Positions 50,501 to 60,300 of a DNA stretch of 64,000 nucleotides are shown here, piece by piece. The notes under the pieces were generated by a model, which was not told the DNA's origin, made no database searches, and saw nothing but the letters and a program-made list of their open reading frames with translations. Source of the stretch: an uncultured virus (IMG/VR IMGVR_UViG_3300028393_000031) (taxonomy: Duplodnaviria > Heunggongvirae > Uroviricota > Caudoviricetes); IMG/VR virus record IMGVR_UViG_3300028393_000031, one strand, 5' to 3'. Within the stretch, counting starts at the first letter, position 1. Every line of letters starts with the position of its first letter. The position numbers and the translations under genes were made by a program.

Positions 50501-53500
50501 CCACTGCATCAACCAGCACCACCTCGGGTGCATTGATAGTAGCAGGTGGTGCCGGCATTAACGGCAATTTATACGTTGGATCGGCAACAGCAGTAACGTC
50601 TGGATATTTGTCGTCAATATCATTGACCAATAGTACAGTCAGCTATAATCGCCCTGCAAATTACACATTTACAACAGCAAGTGCAGACTTTGATTTTAAA
50701 ATTGAATTCCCTGGAATTGGTACATACACAGGCTATATCGGCATAGGATATTTAAACGTCGACACAAGCACTTATACTGCGGCACTTGATATGGCTAGCT
50801 ATAGTGCATATCCATCATCGGGGCTTGCTCGTAAACTGCTTAATTATGCATATAGCGGTGTTGGTAATATTGCATTCAGATTTAGAGTGCGAAAAACCGG
50901 ATCAACACTGACATTTGATTGGTTATACACAAATGACAGCGTAGTGTATACCGAAACTGTAAGTTTAACGGCCAGTGTCAACTATAAAGTTAATCTTTAT
51001 TACTATAAGGACACATACGATGCAACAACCACCGGCACAGTAATAACAGATACTGCTGGGCAATACTATAGTGTACTGTCCTATAGTGCAATTCCAAGTA
51101 CCAGTGCTAACACAGGTGCATTGGTAGTTGCCGGTGGTGTGGGTGTATCCGGTGACTTATACATTGGTGGCAATTTAGTAGTAACTGGTAACATTACTAC
51201 ATTAAACTACGAAACAATAACCAATACAGAATATGCCAACAGTATTGTTGCAACGGGTAATATTACTGCTGGTGATAGATTAATCACTGCCAATGGTGTA
51301 TTTTGGGCCAATGGCACTAGTTTTAGTAGTGCAGGCGCCGCTGGCTATACTGGTTCAGCAGGATCAACTGGCTATGCAGGATCGATTGGCTATGCAGGAT
51401 CGATTGGCTATGCAGGATCGGCAGGAACATTCAGCGGCACAACCACACAACAGATCATAACCAGCAACACTACGCCGTCGACATCAACTACTACTGGCGC
51501 ATTAATAGTAGCAGGCGGTGCCGGCATTGGCAGAGGGTTACGTGTCGGATACTCACCCGATTTAGGAAATGCACCCTCAACATTTGATTACTTAGTGGTT
51601 GCAGGCGGCGGTGGTGGTGGCGGAACAGGCAATGACGGTAACGGTGGCGGAGGTGGTGCAGGCGGTTTTGTAATGGGAACATCATCTGTTTCCCCTGGCT
51701 ATACATTGACCATTTCAGTGGGCGCTGGCGGCGCTGTTGCCACTAACGGTATTGATTCAAATTTACAATTATCTGGATCATCAACTATTACTGCGTTAGG
51801 TGGCGGCGGCGGCCAACAATATGGCATTGGTAACAGCGGTGGATCGGGTGCTGGAACATCCAGGGTTGCTGACCGTGGCGGTTATGGATTACAACCAGCT
51901 AGCGCCAGTGGCGGTTATGGTAACGATGGTGGTGCTTCTAGCAGCGGATACTATGTCACTGGCGGCGGCGGTGCAGGCGCTGCTGGATCAGGGTATCCTG
52001 GCGCAGGCGGCGCTGGTAAAGAATGGCCAGCTGGTTCTGGAACATATTATGCAGGTGGTGGTGCTAGCTGGTATGCAATGGGTGGTACTGGCGGCGGCGG
52101 TAACGGGGCTCTCCAAGTTGGTAATAACACCGGCCAAAACGGCGTAGCAAATACTGGTGGCGGCGGTAGCGTAGGCACAAATTACGGCGCCGAGGGGCGC
52201 GGCGGTTCTGGTGTTGTTATTATTCGTTATCCTGACACATATGATGCAGCATCGTCGACCACTGGTACACTTGCATATACAACAGCCGGCGGATATAGAA
52301 TATATAAATTCACTGGTGCCGGGACAATAACTTTAGGTACAACTCCTCCAGATTTAAGTTTAAGCACAAGTACAACTAGTGGCGCACTAGTAGTAAGTGG
52401 TGGTGCTGGTATTGCTGGTAACTTATATGTTGGTAGTAGGGCAATTGTAACTGGAAACATTACGGCAAACAGCGTTATAACCACCAATGGTGTATTTTGG
52501 GCCAATGGTACAAGTTTCAGCAGTGCAGGAGCCAATGGCTATGCAGGATCTGTCGGTTATACTGGATCAATTGGTGCAAGTGGACCTACCGGTTATACTG
52601 GATCAATTGGTGCAAGTGGACCTACTGGATCAATTGGTGCAAGTGGACCTACTGGCTATACTGGATCAATTGGTGCAAGTGGACCTACTGGCTATACCGG
52701 AAGCATTGGTCCAGTAGCCGGTAGTAACACACAAGTAATATTCAATGATTCGGGTGCAGCAGGTGCCAGTGCTAATTTAACATTTAATAAATCAACTAAT
52801 GCATTAACACTAACAAATGGTAGTTTTGTTACACCAACAAACAATACAGGTCTAGTTGGCGGTATCAGTGGCGCACCCTATGTTGGTTATTTTGATGGTT
52901 CTTCATACCCATCCGTTAGTAGTACATCAGCATTTAATTTAACTGGTGACTTTACACTTGAGGCATTTGTATATCCTACATATCGTTCAGCCGGCGATTG
53001 GGGTATATTTGATGCCAGGGTAAACGGGGGCAGCGCAACATCTTGGATTTTTTCAATTAACGGAAGTGGTAGAATACAATTTTATACTGGAGGTAGTAAT
53101 CTTGGAACAGGTACTGTTCCGTTAAACGCCTGGTCACATATTGCTGTTGTAAGATCAGGCAGTGCGTTAAATTATTATATAAATGGTGTTCTTGATACAA
53201 ACAGACCATCGTTTGGCACAGGAGCAATAAGTCCAGGTACAACTAGCGCATTGATTGGATCAAAAGATAACGGGCTTGGGGCCTCATTCTCAACCGTAGG
53301 TAGTATAACTAATTTAAGAATAGTTAATGGCACAGCAGTATACACCGGTAACTTTACAGTTCCAACCGGAACACTAACTGCTACTCAATCAGCAAATCCA
53401 TTTGGTGGTAGCAATACTAGTGCTATTACTGGAACAGTAACTAAATTACTAACATTACAAAATAGTACATTAATTGATAATTCATCATTTGGATTAACAA

Positions 53501-55221
53501 TTACTGCCAATGGCGTAACTATGTCACAGAGTTCGCCTCCACCGTTTGCTAGTGCTGCTCAAGGTACTATACTGTATGACGGATCTACTTGGCAAGCAAC
53601 ACCCATAACCGTTGCAGGAAACGTAAGTGCTACAAATTTAATAACTACCAGTGGTGTATTCTGGGCCAACGGTACAAGTTTTAGCAGTTCAGGAGCTAAT
53701 GGCTATACTGGTTCGATTGGTTACTCAGGAAGCATTGGTGCAAGTGGACCCACTGGCTATAGTGGAAGCGTTGGCTCAAGTGGCCCTACCGGCTATACCG
53801 GAAGCATTGGTGCAAGTGGACCTACAGGCTATAGTGGAAGCGTTGGTTCAAGTGGCCCTACCGGCTATAGTGGAAGCGTTGGTTCAAGTGGCCCTACCGG
53901 CTATACCGGAAGCATTGGTGCAAGTGGACCTACTGGCTATACTGGAAGCATTGGTAATACTGGCACCTTCTCTGGTACAACTACACAGGCTATAATAACA
54001 TCAAATACTGATCCTTCTACTAGTACAATAACTGGTGCTTTACAAGTATCCGGCGGCATGGGACTTGGCGGTAATTTATATGCTGGTGGTCGTTTAGTAA
54101 CTACCGGTGGAGTATTTTGGGCCAATGGTACAGCATTCAGCAGTGGTGGTGTTGGCGGCGCCGGCGCGGGCACTGGCGGAACTTTTTATTACACTGACAT
54201 ATTACCAACTGATGCAATAGTAGGTGACAGATGGTTTGATACATCAGTTGGTATACTGTTTACTTACACGTATGATGGCACATCCTATCAATGGGCCGAA
54301 GCTGCTGCCAGTGGATTTTTAGGACAAACTGGCTATACCGGTAGCATTGGCAATCTAGGATATACGGGCAGCGTGGGGTATGTTGGATCGGCTAGTACAG
54401 TGGCAGGTTATACTGGCAGCGTAGGCGCAGGCTACACTGGATCTACAGGCAGTCTTGCCTACACTGGTATGGTTGATAACTTTATTGGTGATGGCACAAC
54501 ACTAGTATATACACTCAGCAATACGCCATATAATATAAACAATACCACTGTTAACTTGAATGGTGTTATACAGTTAAAAAATTCATACACAGTGTCGGGC
54601 AATGTGATTATATTCAGCGAAGCCCCCCCTGCCGCAGCCCAAATTGAAATTACTACACAGATATATGGACCCACTGCTACTCCCTACTTGACCAGGAACT
54701 ATACCAGTTCAGGTGGCAACACATTCACAGTCAGCAGTGGTGTCACCAATGACAGTATCTTGGTCATGGCCAATGGTGTGGTACAAAGACCCGTGACCGA
54801 CTACACAGTATCAGGATCAACTCTGACCTTGGCAGGTACTATCAGTTCGGGGGTGGCTATACAAATAAGAGAAATGCCTGGTGCATTTGCTGGTTACACT
54901 GGTAGTTTTGGGTATGCTGGCAGTCGAGGACCCCCGGATGGTTATACAGGATCGGCCGGATATATTGGTAGTTTTGGATACACTGGCAGTATTGGTTACA
55001 CTGGTAGTCAAGGTGTTACTGGAGCAACCGGAATAGGGTATGTGGGCAGCAAAGGTAATACCTATGCTGACAGCAGTGGTGTGATCATGACCAATAATCT
55101 CTTGATAAATACCAATACTGCTCTTGCTGCTAATCTTGGCGCGTTCAGCGTAGGCCCAGTGGCAGTTGCATCGGGCGTGACCGTGTCACTGGGATCTGGT
55201 TCAAGGTGGGTTATCTTATGA
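47515..55221 (+). CDS. Giant modular collagen-like tail fibre (2568 aa) with passenger domains (Gly-rich, LamG, others)
   Basis: GYxGS/GATG tracts alternate with 'GTFSGTTTQ..TGAL.V.GG.G' and 'GVFWANGT.FSS' modules. Confidence 0.85.
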   Translation: MTFPTTPADNTKTVVDGITYVYSAANNAWTRVAQGVQGTDTTFTVANVTPSGNTSSGALVVAGGAGIAGDLYAGGGLNAASLAIAQTSTGNQYALTMAGAGTGDQWAFTLGDTPGQNNITSLDNTGAAYAPMSINAESFTLGTAGAGAATSLVVDGSGNVIVASATDAISTTTGALQVAGGAGIVGNVYVGGSVVAGNIVSLGTYAAITGANLISTVDFAASGNVTVTGNVYTDHYFYANGVPYYNTGATGPIGYTGSSGYTGSVGYAGSAGYAGSAGYTGSKGNPGLQGSTGPIGATGLGATGATGASGSAGYIGSAGYIGSRGATGAGASGATGATGPAGAQGVSVTLQGTKATIADLPAAPMNWNDYAGYGWIVTTGDGGAHLDGALWFWNVSTGQWNDIGKIVGPVGASGATGVMGASGSTGALGYTGSIGIGYAGSVGYVGSVGYVGSLGYTGSKGIDGTSITILGSVVDLTYLNGPVTTIVGNFGDGYILSYNGHLAVWTGSQFSDVGNITGPQGNQGATGPIGYTGSFGATGATGPVGASGITPESLTYTAQSMSLTDGVYVSGGLSDIQTFNDGNYYTITDGTHAGPAWIVTVGFTGVVKFNRVALNINYTQASGHIIYVQVYNNLTTVWDNIGSYTGLGGFYQFALEVIDSTNYVNSGAATIRLYHSNTGNVAHQTQIDYVAIEDSIQGGQGPKGASGALGYAGSKGYTGSVGYAGSVGYAGSAGYTGSQGIDGYTGSIGYTGSIGYTGSIGIGYAGSVGYTGSKGNDGNFGGEAFAYTYSSDTTITDPTSGNIEFDSTTLSSATVMYINFYDKLGVSAYSFLQTIDDSTSSIKGHFTVVENGNNANYAMFAIIGNHTEEGAPVHNHFHVPISYLSGPGSFTNGTSLIVTFARTGDRGDLGYVGSVGYAGSVGYAGSAGYAGSAGYAGSSGYAGSIGVGYAGSAGYAGSSGYAGSAGYSGSIGNAGYTGSTGTFSGTTTQQIITSNTTASTSTTSGALIVAGGAGINGNLYVGSATAVTSGYLSSISLTNSTVSYNRPANYTFTTASADFDFKIEFPGIGTYTGYIGIGYLNVDTSTYTAALDMASYSAYPSSGLARKLLNYAYSGVGNIAFRFRVRKTGSTLTFDWLYTNDSVVYTETVSLTASVNYKVNLYYYKDTYDATTTGTVITDTAGQYYSVLSYSAIPSTSANTGALVVAGGVGVSGDLYIGGNLVVTGNITTLNYETITNTEYANSIVATGNITAGDRLITANGVFWANGTSFSSAGAAGYTGSAGSTGYAGSIGYAGSIGYAGSAGTFSGTTTQQIITSNTTPSTSTTTGALIVAGGAGIGRGLRVGYSPDLGNAPSTFDYLVVAGGGGGGGTGNDGNGGGGGAGGFVMGTSSVSPGYTLTISVGAGGAVATNGIDSNLQLSGSSTITALGGGGGQQYGIGNSGGSGAGTSRVADRGGYGLQPASASGGYGNDGGASSSGYYVTGGGGAGAAGSGYPGAGGAGKEWPAGSGTYYAGGGASWYAMGGTGGGGNGALQVGNNTGQNGVANTGGGGSVGTNYGAEGRGGSGVVIIRYPDTYDAASSTTGTLAYTTAGGYRIYKFTGAGTITLGTTPPDLSLSTSTTSGALVVSGGAGIAGNLYVGSRAIVTGNITANSVITTNGVFWANGTSFSSAGANGYAGSVGYTGSIGASGPTGYTGSIGASGPTGSIGASGPTGYTGSIGASGPTGYTGSIGPVAGSNTQVIFNDSGAAGASANLTFNKSTNALTLTNGSFVTPTNNTGLVGGISGAPYVGYFDGSSYPSVSSTSAFNLTGDFTLEAFVYPTYRSAGDWGIFDARVNGGSATSWIFSINGSGRIQFYTGGSNLGTGTVPLNAWSHIAVVRSGSALNYYINGVLDTNRPSFGTGAISPGTTSALIGSKDNGLGASFSTVGSITNLRIVNGTAVYTGNFTVPTGTLTATQSANPFGGSNTSAITGTVTKLLTLQNSTLIDNSSFGLTITANGVTMSQSSPPPFASAAQGTILYDGSTWQATPITVAGNVSATNLITTSGVFWANGTSFSSSGANGYTGSIGYSGSIGASGPTGYSGSVGSSGPTGYTGSIGASGPTGYSGSVGSSGPTGYSGSVGSSGPTGYTGSIGASGPTGYTGSIGNTGTFSGTTTQAIITSNTDPSTSTITGALQVSGGMGLGGNLYAGGRLVTTGGVFWANGTAFSSGGVGGAGAGTGGTFYYTDILPTDAIVGDRWFDTSVGILFTYTYDGTSYQWAEAAASGFLGQTGYTGSIGNLGYTGSVGYVGSASTVAGYTGSVGAGYTGSTGSLAYTGMVDNFIGDGTTLVYTLSNTPYNINNTTVNLNGVIQLKNSYTVSGNVIIFSEAPPAAAQIEITTQIYGPTATPYLTRNYTSSGGNTFTVSSGVTNDSILVMANGVVQRPVTDYTVSGSTLTLAGTISSGVAIQIREMPGAFAGYTGSFGYAGSRGPPDGYTGSAGYIGSFGYTGSIGYTGSQGVTGATGIGYVGSKGNTYADSSGVIMTNNLLINTNTALAANLGAFSVGPVAVASGVTVSLGSGSRWVIL
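52554..53955 (+). repeat. Two blocks of 36-bp coding repeats (GY[T/S]GS[I/V]G[A/S]SGPT)
   Basis: Blocks at ~52554-52710 and ~53700-53955. Confidence 0.85.
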
Positions 55222-55847
55222 GTAGTCAAATTTTTGCAGGTGATATATCCGGGTCAGTTACGATCCAGTGCCCCAATGTGGCTGGCACCAATGTATTGAC
55301 CTTGCCGTTGAGCAATGGCTTGATACCTGGTGAAATGATCTACAGATTGAATACCAGTCTGACTGGAACCCAGGTGTTGACAGCACAGAGTGTGTTGGGC
55401 GTTGGCATTACATTAAACAGCGGAACAGTGTATCAGTTTGAGGGATTTTATGCATTGAGTAAAACAGTGGGTGCTGTAACTCATACCATTGGTTATGGAT
55501 TTGGTGGTACTGCAACATTGAATAATATCACATACACACGCGGTTGGGGATATTCAGTAACTTCGTTTGCAGCACCACTTACTGCTGCTGGCCAGTTACA
55601 AGTTGCCGGTTTTGTGCAAACTGCTAACTCAACAAGTTTTCCCAGTGAAGGTGCCGCAACTGCTTCTATGTATTGGATGGTTCCTTTTAAAGGTACAGTA
55701 TCTGTTAATGTTGGCGGTACATTTATTCCACAGTACACACTCAGTGCAGATCCTGGCGGAGCATATACCACCGCAGCAGGCAGCTACTTTAAGATATCAC
55801 CCATAGCCGCCAGTGTGGGCAGCGTCAACATAGGGGGCTGGGCTTAA
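55218..55847 (+). CDS. Fibre-associated protein (C-domain paralogous to 60432)
   Basis: ATGA overlap; 'GFGGTATLN.I.Y..GTV...GGTF.PQYTLSADP.G.Y.T'. Confidence 0.8.
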   Translation: MSSQIFAGDISGSVTIQCPNVAGTNVLTLPLSNGLIPGEMIYRLNTSLTGTQVLTAQSVLGVGITLNSGTVYQFEGFYALSKTVGAVTHTIGYGFGGTATLNNITYTRGWGYSVTSFAAPLTAAGQLQVAGFVQTANSTSFPSEGAATASMYWMVPFKGTVSVNVGGTFIPQYTLSADPGGAYTTAAGSYFKISPIAASVGSVNIGGWA

Positions 55848-55848
55848 T

Positions 55849-56931
55849 ATGAGTACCATATCAGCAGGACTAACAGTCAGTACTGGCCTAAACTGGGCAT
55901 CAGACACCTCGGGCAACCTGGTGTTGCAATCCAACGGTGTTTCCACTGTGACTTTGGCCAATGCTGCCATCATCATGGCCGACACCACACAGTTCAACAC
56001 TGTCAACAGTTTCACCATGCGCAACAGGTTGATCAATGGCGACATGCGTATAGATCAACGCAACACGGGTGCGGCCCAGACCATCACAGCAGCCGCGGCC
56101 TTGGCTTATACTGTGGATCGCTGGTATGCTTACTCAACTGGCGCCAACGTGTCGGGACAGCGTGTGGCCAATACTGCACTGAGATTTGCATATCAATTCA
56201 CAGGTGCTGCCAGTGTCACTGCAATAGGTTTTGCTCAACGTATTGAAACTGCCAACAGCTATGATCTCAACGGTACCACTGTGACCTTGAGTGCATATCT
56301 TGCCAACAGTTTACTTACCACTGTCGCTTGGACTGCCTACTATGCTAACACCGCAGACACCTTTGGTACACTGGCAAGTCCCACTCGCACACAAATAGCC
56401 ACCGGTACATTCACAGTATCTAGCACACTCACACGCTATGCCACCAACATCGCCATACCCTCGGCAGCTACTACTGGTATCGAAATCGTGTTTACTGTGG
56501 GCGCACAGATATCGGGCACATGGACCATAGGAGCGGTACAGTTAGAGCCCGGCACAGTAGCGACACCATTTGAGCGTAGATCATATGCTACAGAGCTAGT
56601 ACTAAGTCAGAGATATTTTTTCAGTCTTGGCGGTACTACTCTGTTTGAAATGATTGGGACTGGAATCAATAATACCACTACTACTGCAATTATAATAGTT
56701 AATCTTCCAGTTCAAATGCGAGTAGCACCCACAATATCAACTTCAGGATCGTTTTTTGTTAAAGTTGCCAACACAAATACTGCTGTGTCGCTTATTTCAA
56801 CCGACACATCTGCATTGCAAACAGTCAGCGTAAGTGTAACTTCTACTGGTCTAACAGTTGGTAACGGAAATATATTATTTGTTGCCAATAATCTAACTGC
56901 TCGTTTTCAATGCCTAGCTGAACTAACCTAA
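55849..56931 (+). CDS. Tail-fibre protein with carbohydrate-binding-like domain
   Basis: 'RNRLINGDMRIDQR..YTVDRW..VQLEPGTVATPFERR..EL...QRYF'. Confidence 0.8.
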   Translation: MSTISAGLTVSTGLNWASDTSGNLVLQSNGVSTVTLANAAIIMADTTQFNTVNSFTMRNRLINGDMRIDQRNTGAAQTITAAAALAYTVDRWYAYSTGANVSGQRVANTALRFAYQFTGAASVTAIGFAQRIETANSYDLNGTTVTLSAYLANSLLTTVAWTAYYANTADTFGTLASPTRTQIATGTFTVSSTLTRYATNIAIPSAATTGIEIVFTVGAQISGTWTIGAVQLEPGTVATPFERRSYATELVLSQRYFFSLGGTTLFEMIGTGINNTTTTAIIIVNLPVQMRVAPTISTSGSFFVKVANTNTAVSLISTDTSALQTVSVSVTSTGLTVGNGNILFVANNLTARFQCLAELT

Positions 56932-56951
56932 TTATACAATAAATACACATT

Positions 56952-57338
56952 ATGGCACTGACTAGAGTACTAACGGATTTACAAGACACGTACACGCTAC
57001 CCGCAGTATGTGATGACATCAGCGGCGATTTCAACTCTAGCACTCAAATCTTTCCTTTGCGCATTGATGAAGTGTCCATAAATACAGTAACCGATTCTAG
57101 GCAATTACAGGTCAGCATAAATGGGCAGATTTTACGTCCTTATATAGCAGAACGTACCCTGCCTTGGAGCGTAGAATACGATATAAACGGAGATTACCGA
57201 GTAACAAATGGCAACCTTATCATTTACAACCCACCAGATCTGGGCGACCGCGCATCAGTGGTGGTAGTCACACTGGGCACATATGTACAGCGCAGAACTG
57301 CAAGTTATTCAGTCAACCCGATAGCATTTGGAGATTAA
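56952..57338 (+). CDS. Hypothetical structural protein
   Basis: 128-aa ORF with a late promoter 6 nt upstream. Confidence 0.75.
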   Translation: MALTRVLTDLQDTYTLPAVCDDISGDFNSSTQIFPLRIDEVSINTVTDSRQLQVSINGQILRPYIAERTLPWSVEYDINGDYRVTNGNLIIYNPPDLGDRASVVVVTLGTYVQRRTASYSVNPIAFGD

Positions 57339-57344
57339 ACAAAA

Positions 57345-60300
57345 ATGGCAAAACACATAACACCGGAATATTACACATTCACACCGTCTACCAAGACCAT
57401 TGTGATCTCCCGTTACCTACGGCAAGAGCAACTGATGTTGATCACCAACACCACCAGAAATACTGTGTTGTTCAACTTCAGTGACCCTACTTATACATTG
57501 GTAAGTTTTGTTAGCATAATAACTAATAACGTACCGACTACCAGTATTGTATTGAAGTATGACACCACCAGTGCGATGCAAAGCACAGATAAGATTGCCA
57601 TCTTGATTGAAGAATCTAATGAGACTTTCCAGCCCATGGAAATTTTAATGGATCCGGTCAACAAACTGCGTATCAGCCAACCGCAAGCACTTATTGATAC
57701 CGACTTTGAATATTCAACACAGACCACCAAATGGGAAAGTATTGCCCTGATCAACAATCGTCCATTTGCCTACTACAACACCTACAACCCACTCTCATAC
57801 AGTGACGTTGGTGCTGTCAATTTGAGCCGTACTGTCACTGTGACTTCGACTGCCAACCCTGGGGTTGGCACTCCGGTGTTCATGCAAGATACTACCTGGG
57901 CTGGTGCAGACGGCCTGTTCATGGTGGACTCCAGCAGTGGCGTCAACTTTACCTATACGGCTAGGATCGCCTATCCCGGCACCACTGGATCAATCAACAA
58001 CACCAATACCACCAACATCTATCAAGGCTATGTGTTTACCGGTGCTGCAATTGGTCTCAGTACTGTGACATTCAGTGGTACCGTTATCACTGTTACCTGT
58101 AGTGTACCGCATGGTTTGTTACTTGGAAATGAAATTGGTATGATTGGATTGACAGCCACTACATTCCCTCCAAACGGATCTTGGACAGTGGCCACAGTTA
58201 CCAGCCCCACAGTGTTTACCTACAACGTGATTAACACACCAACCGGTACAATTGGATTTGGTAGTGCTACCTTGTATGTGCGTCCACAAGGTAACTTCTT
58301 ACATCGTTCGTTTGACGGCGGTGTTACATTTAGTACTAATGCTATCAGTCACAACCAACAGTTAATACGTCAAACACGACGTTACTTCCGTTACCAGTCG
58401 GGTAAAGGCATTCAGATGAGCACTGGTACTTTGCTTAAACCAAATTTAAATTTAGATGCTGTTACCGCAGTTGGCGCAACGGTTACAGTAGTCACTAAAG
58501 TACAGCACAACATTAATCCCGGTATTACCATTGCAATGACTGGATGCGATCAAGCGGCCTATAATGGCACATATACGGTTGCAACAGTACTAGATCCTTA
58601 CAAATTTACCTATATAGCCACCAACAGACTTGACGCTGCTGGCTCGACCCCGTCAGTTGCAGTAGCTACTGGCTTGCCTTATTTGAGTATTACCAATTGG
58701 TATGGAGCCAATACTCGAGTGGGCATGTATGACGGCCAGAATGGTGTATTTTTTGAATATGACGGTCAGACCATATATGCAGTACGTCGCAGCAGTACAT
58801 ATCAAATTAACGGATGGATAAGTGTTGCTGCTGGTAGTAACAGTGTGTCGGGTATTACCCTTAATGGTGTAAGCCCTATTTTTAGTAAACAACTAGTGCC
58901 TGGTGATTACATAGTTATTAAGGGCATGAGCTACAGAGTAGAAACAATTACCAGTGACTCGGCATTGACAATTCAACCAGCATATCGTGGCAGCGTTAAC
59001 TTGTCGGCAGCAGTAATTAGTAAAACCATTGACTACAAAGTACCACAGAGTCAATGGAACATTGATCGAGCAGATGGCACAGGAGTTAGTGGTTTTAATC
59101 TTGATCTTACCAGAATGCAGATGTTCTACTTAGACTATAGCTGGTATGGCGCAGGTTTTATACGCTGGGGATTCCGTGGTCTCAATGGTGATGTCATGTA
59201 CTGCCACAAGAGTCCTAATAACAATGTGAACTATCAGGCCTACATGCGTTCAGGTAACTTACCTGCTCGCTATGAAACTAATACATTCAGCAAGAGTACA
59301 CAATTAGCTAATATTCAAGCCAACGGTGGTACCACGCTGGGTAGCAGTGATGTTACTGTTTATCTAAATACATTGCCCGCAGGCTGGCCCACTAGTGGTA
59401 GTGGTACTGCTGTAATACGCAGCGGTACAGCATATGAATATGTCAACTTCTCCGGTGTTGGCACTGCCAATATTGGTGGTCAATATACTGTCAGCACACT
59501 AACTGGTGTTGTTAGAGCACAGGCTGGCGCAACATTAACATTTACCACTAATACTGCAACTCCAGTTATAACCGGTGTGAGCACCTCCGGTGTGCAAATT
59601 GGTCAATATGTATTTTCTACAACCAATGTAGTTCCGGCTAATACTTATGTTGTTAGCTTTGTGGTTAATACCAGCGTGACATTAAGTCAAGCACCCATGG
59701 CTAACGGGTCGTCATCGTTGATATTTTCTCCCATGGCAGGCGCAGCACAAAGTTTTACATATAGTGCTACTGCCCCTGTTGCAGTTGACCTACATGCTCC
59801 GTTGTTTGCCAGTACAATCAGTCACTGGGGTACGTCGGTTATCATGGACGGTAGATTTGATGACGATAAATCATACGTGTTTACAAGAGGTATGACCACA
59901 ACACTATCCGTTGCTGCTGGTGTCAACAACGCAGTTATGAGTTTCCGTATCGCGCCCAGTGTCAGCAACGGTGTTGCTGGATCGTCACTGGGCATACGTG
60001 AAATTGTAAACCGCATGCAGATGGTGTTGCGACAGTTGGACGTGTTCTCCAATGGTCAGTTCCTGATTACCTTAATCTTGAACGGTACTGTGAGCAGCGC
60101 AACACCAAACTATGCCAGTGTGGGCGGTTCCAGCTTGGCGCAGTACATATTCCACAATTCTGCAACCACTATTGCAGGTGGTGAATCAGTTTTTGGATTC
60201 TTCTTGAACACCACAGGCTCGGGCTATACCACTACACAGCAGGACTTGACACTGGTTCGTGACATGGGTACTAGCATCCTGGGTGGCGGGGTCGCTGCTG

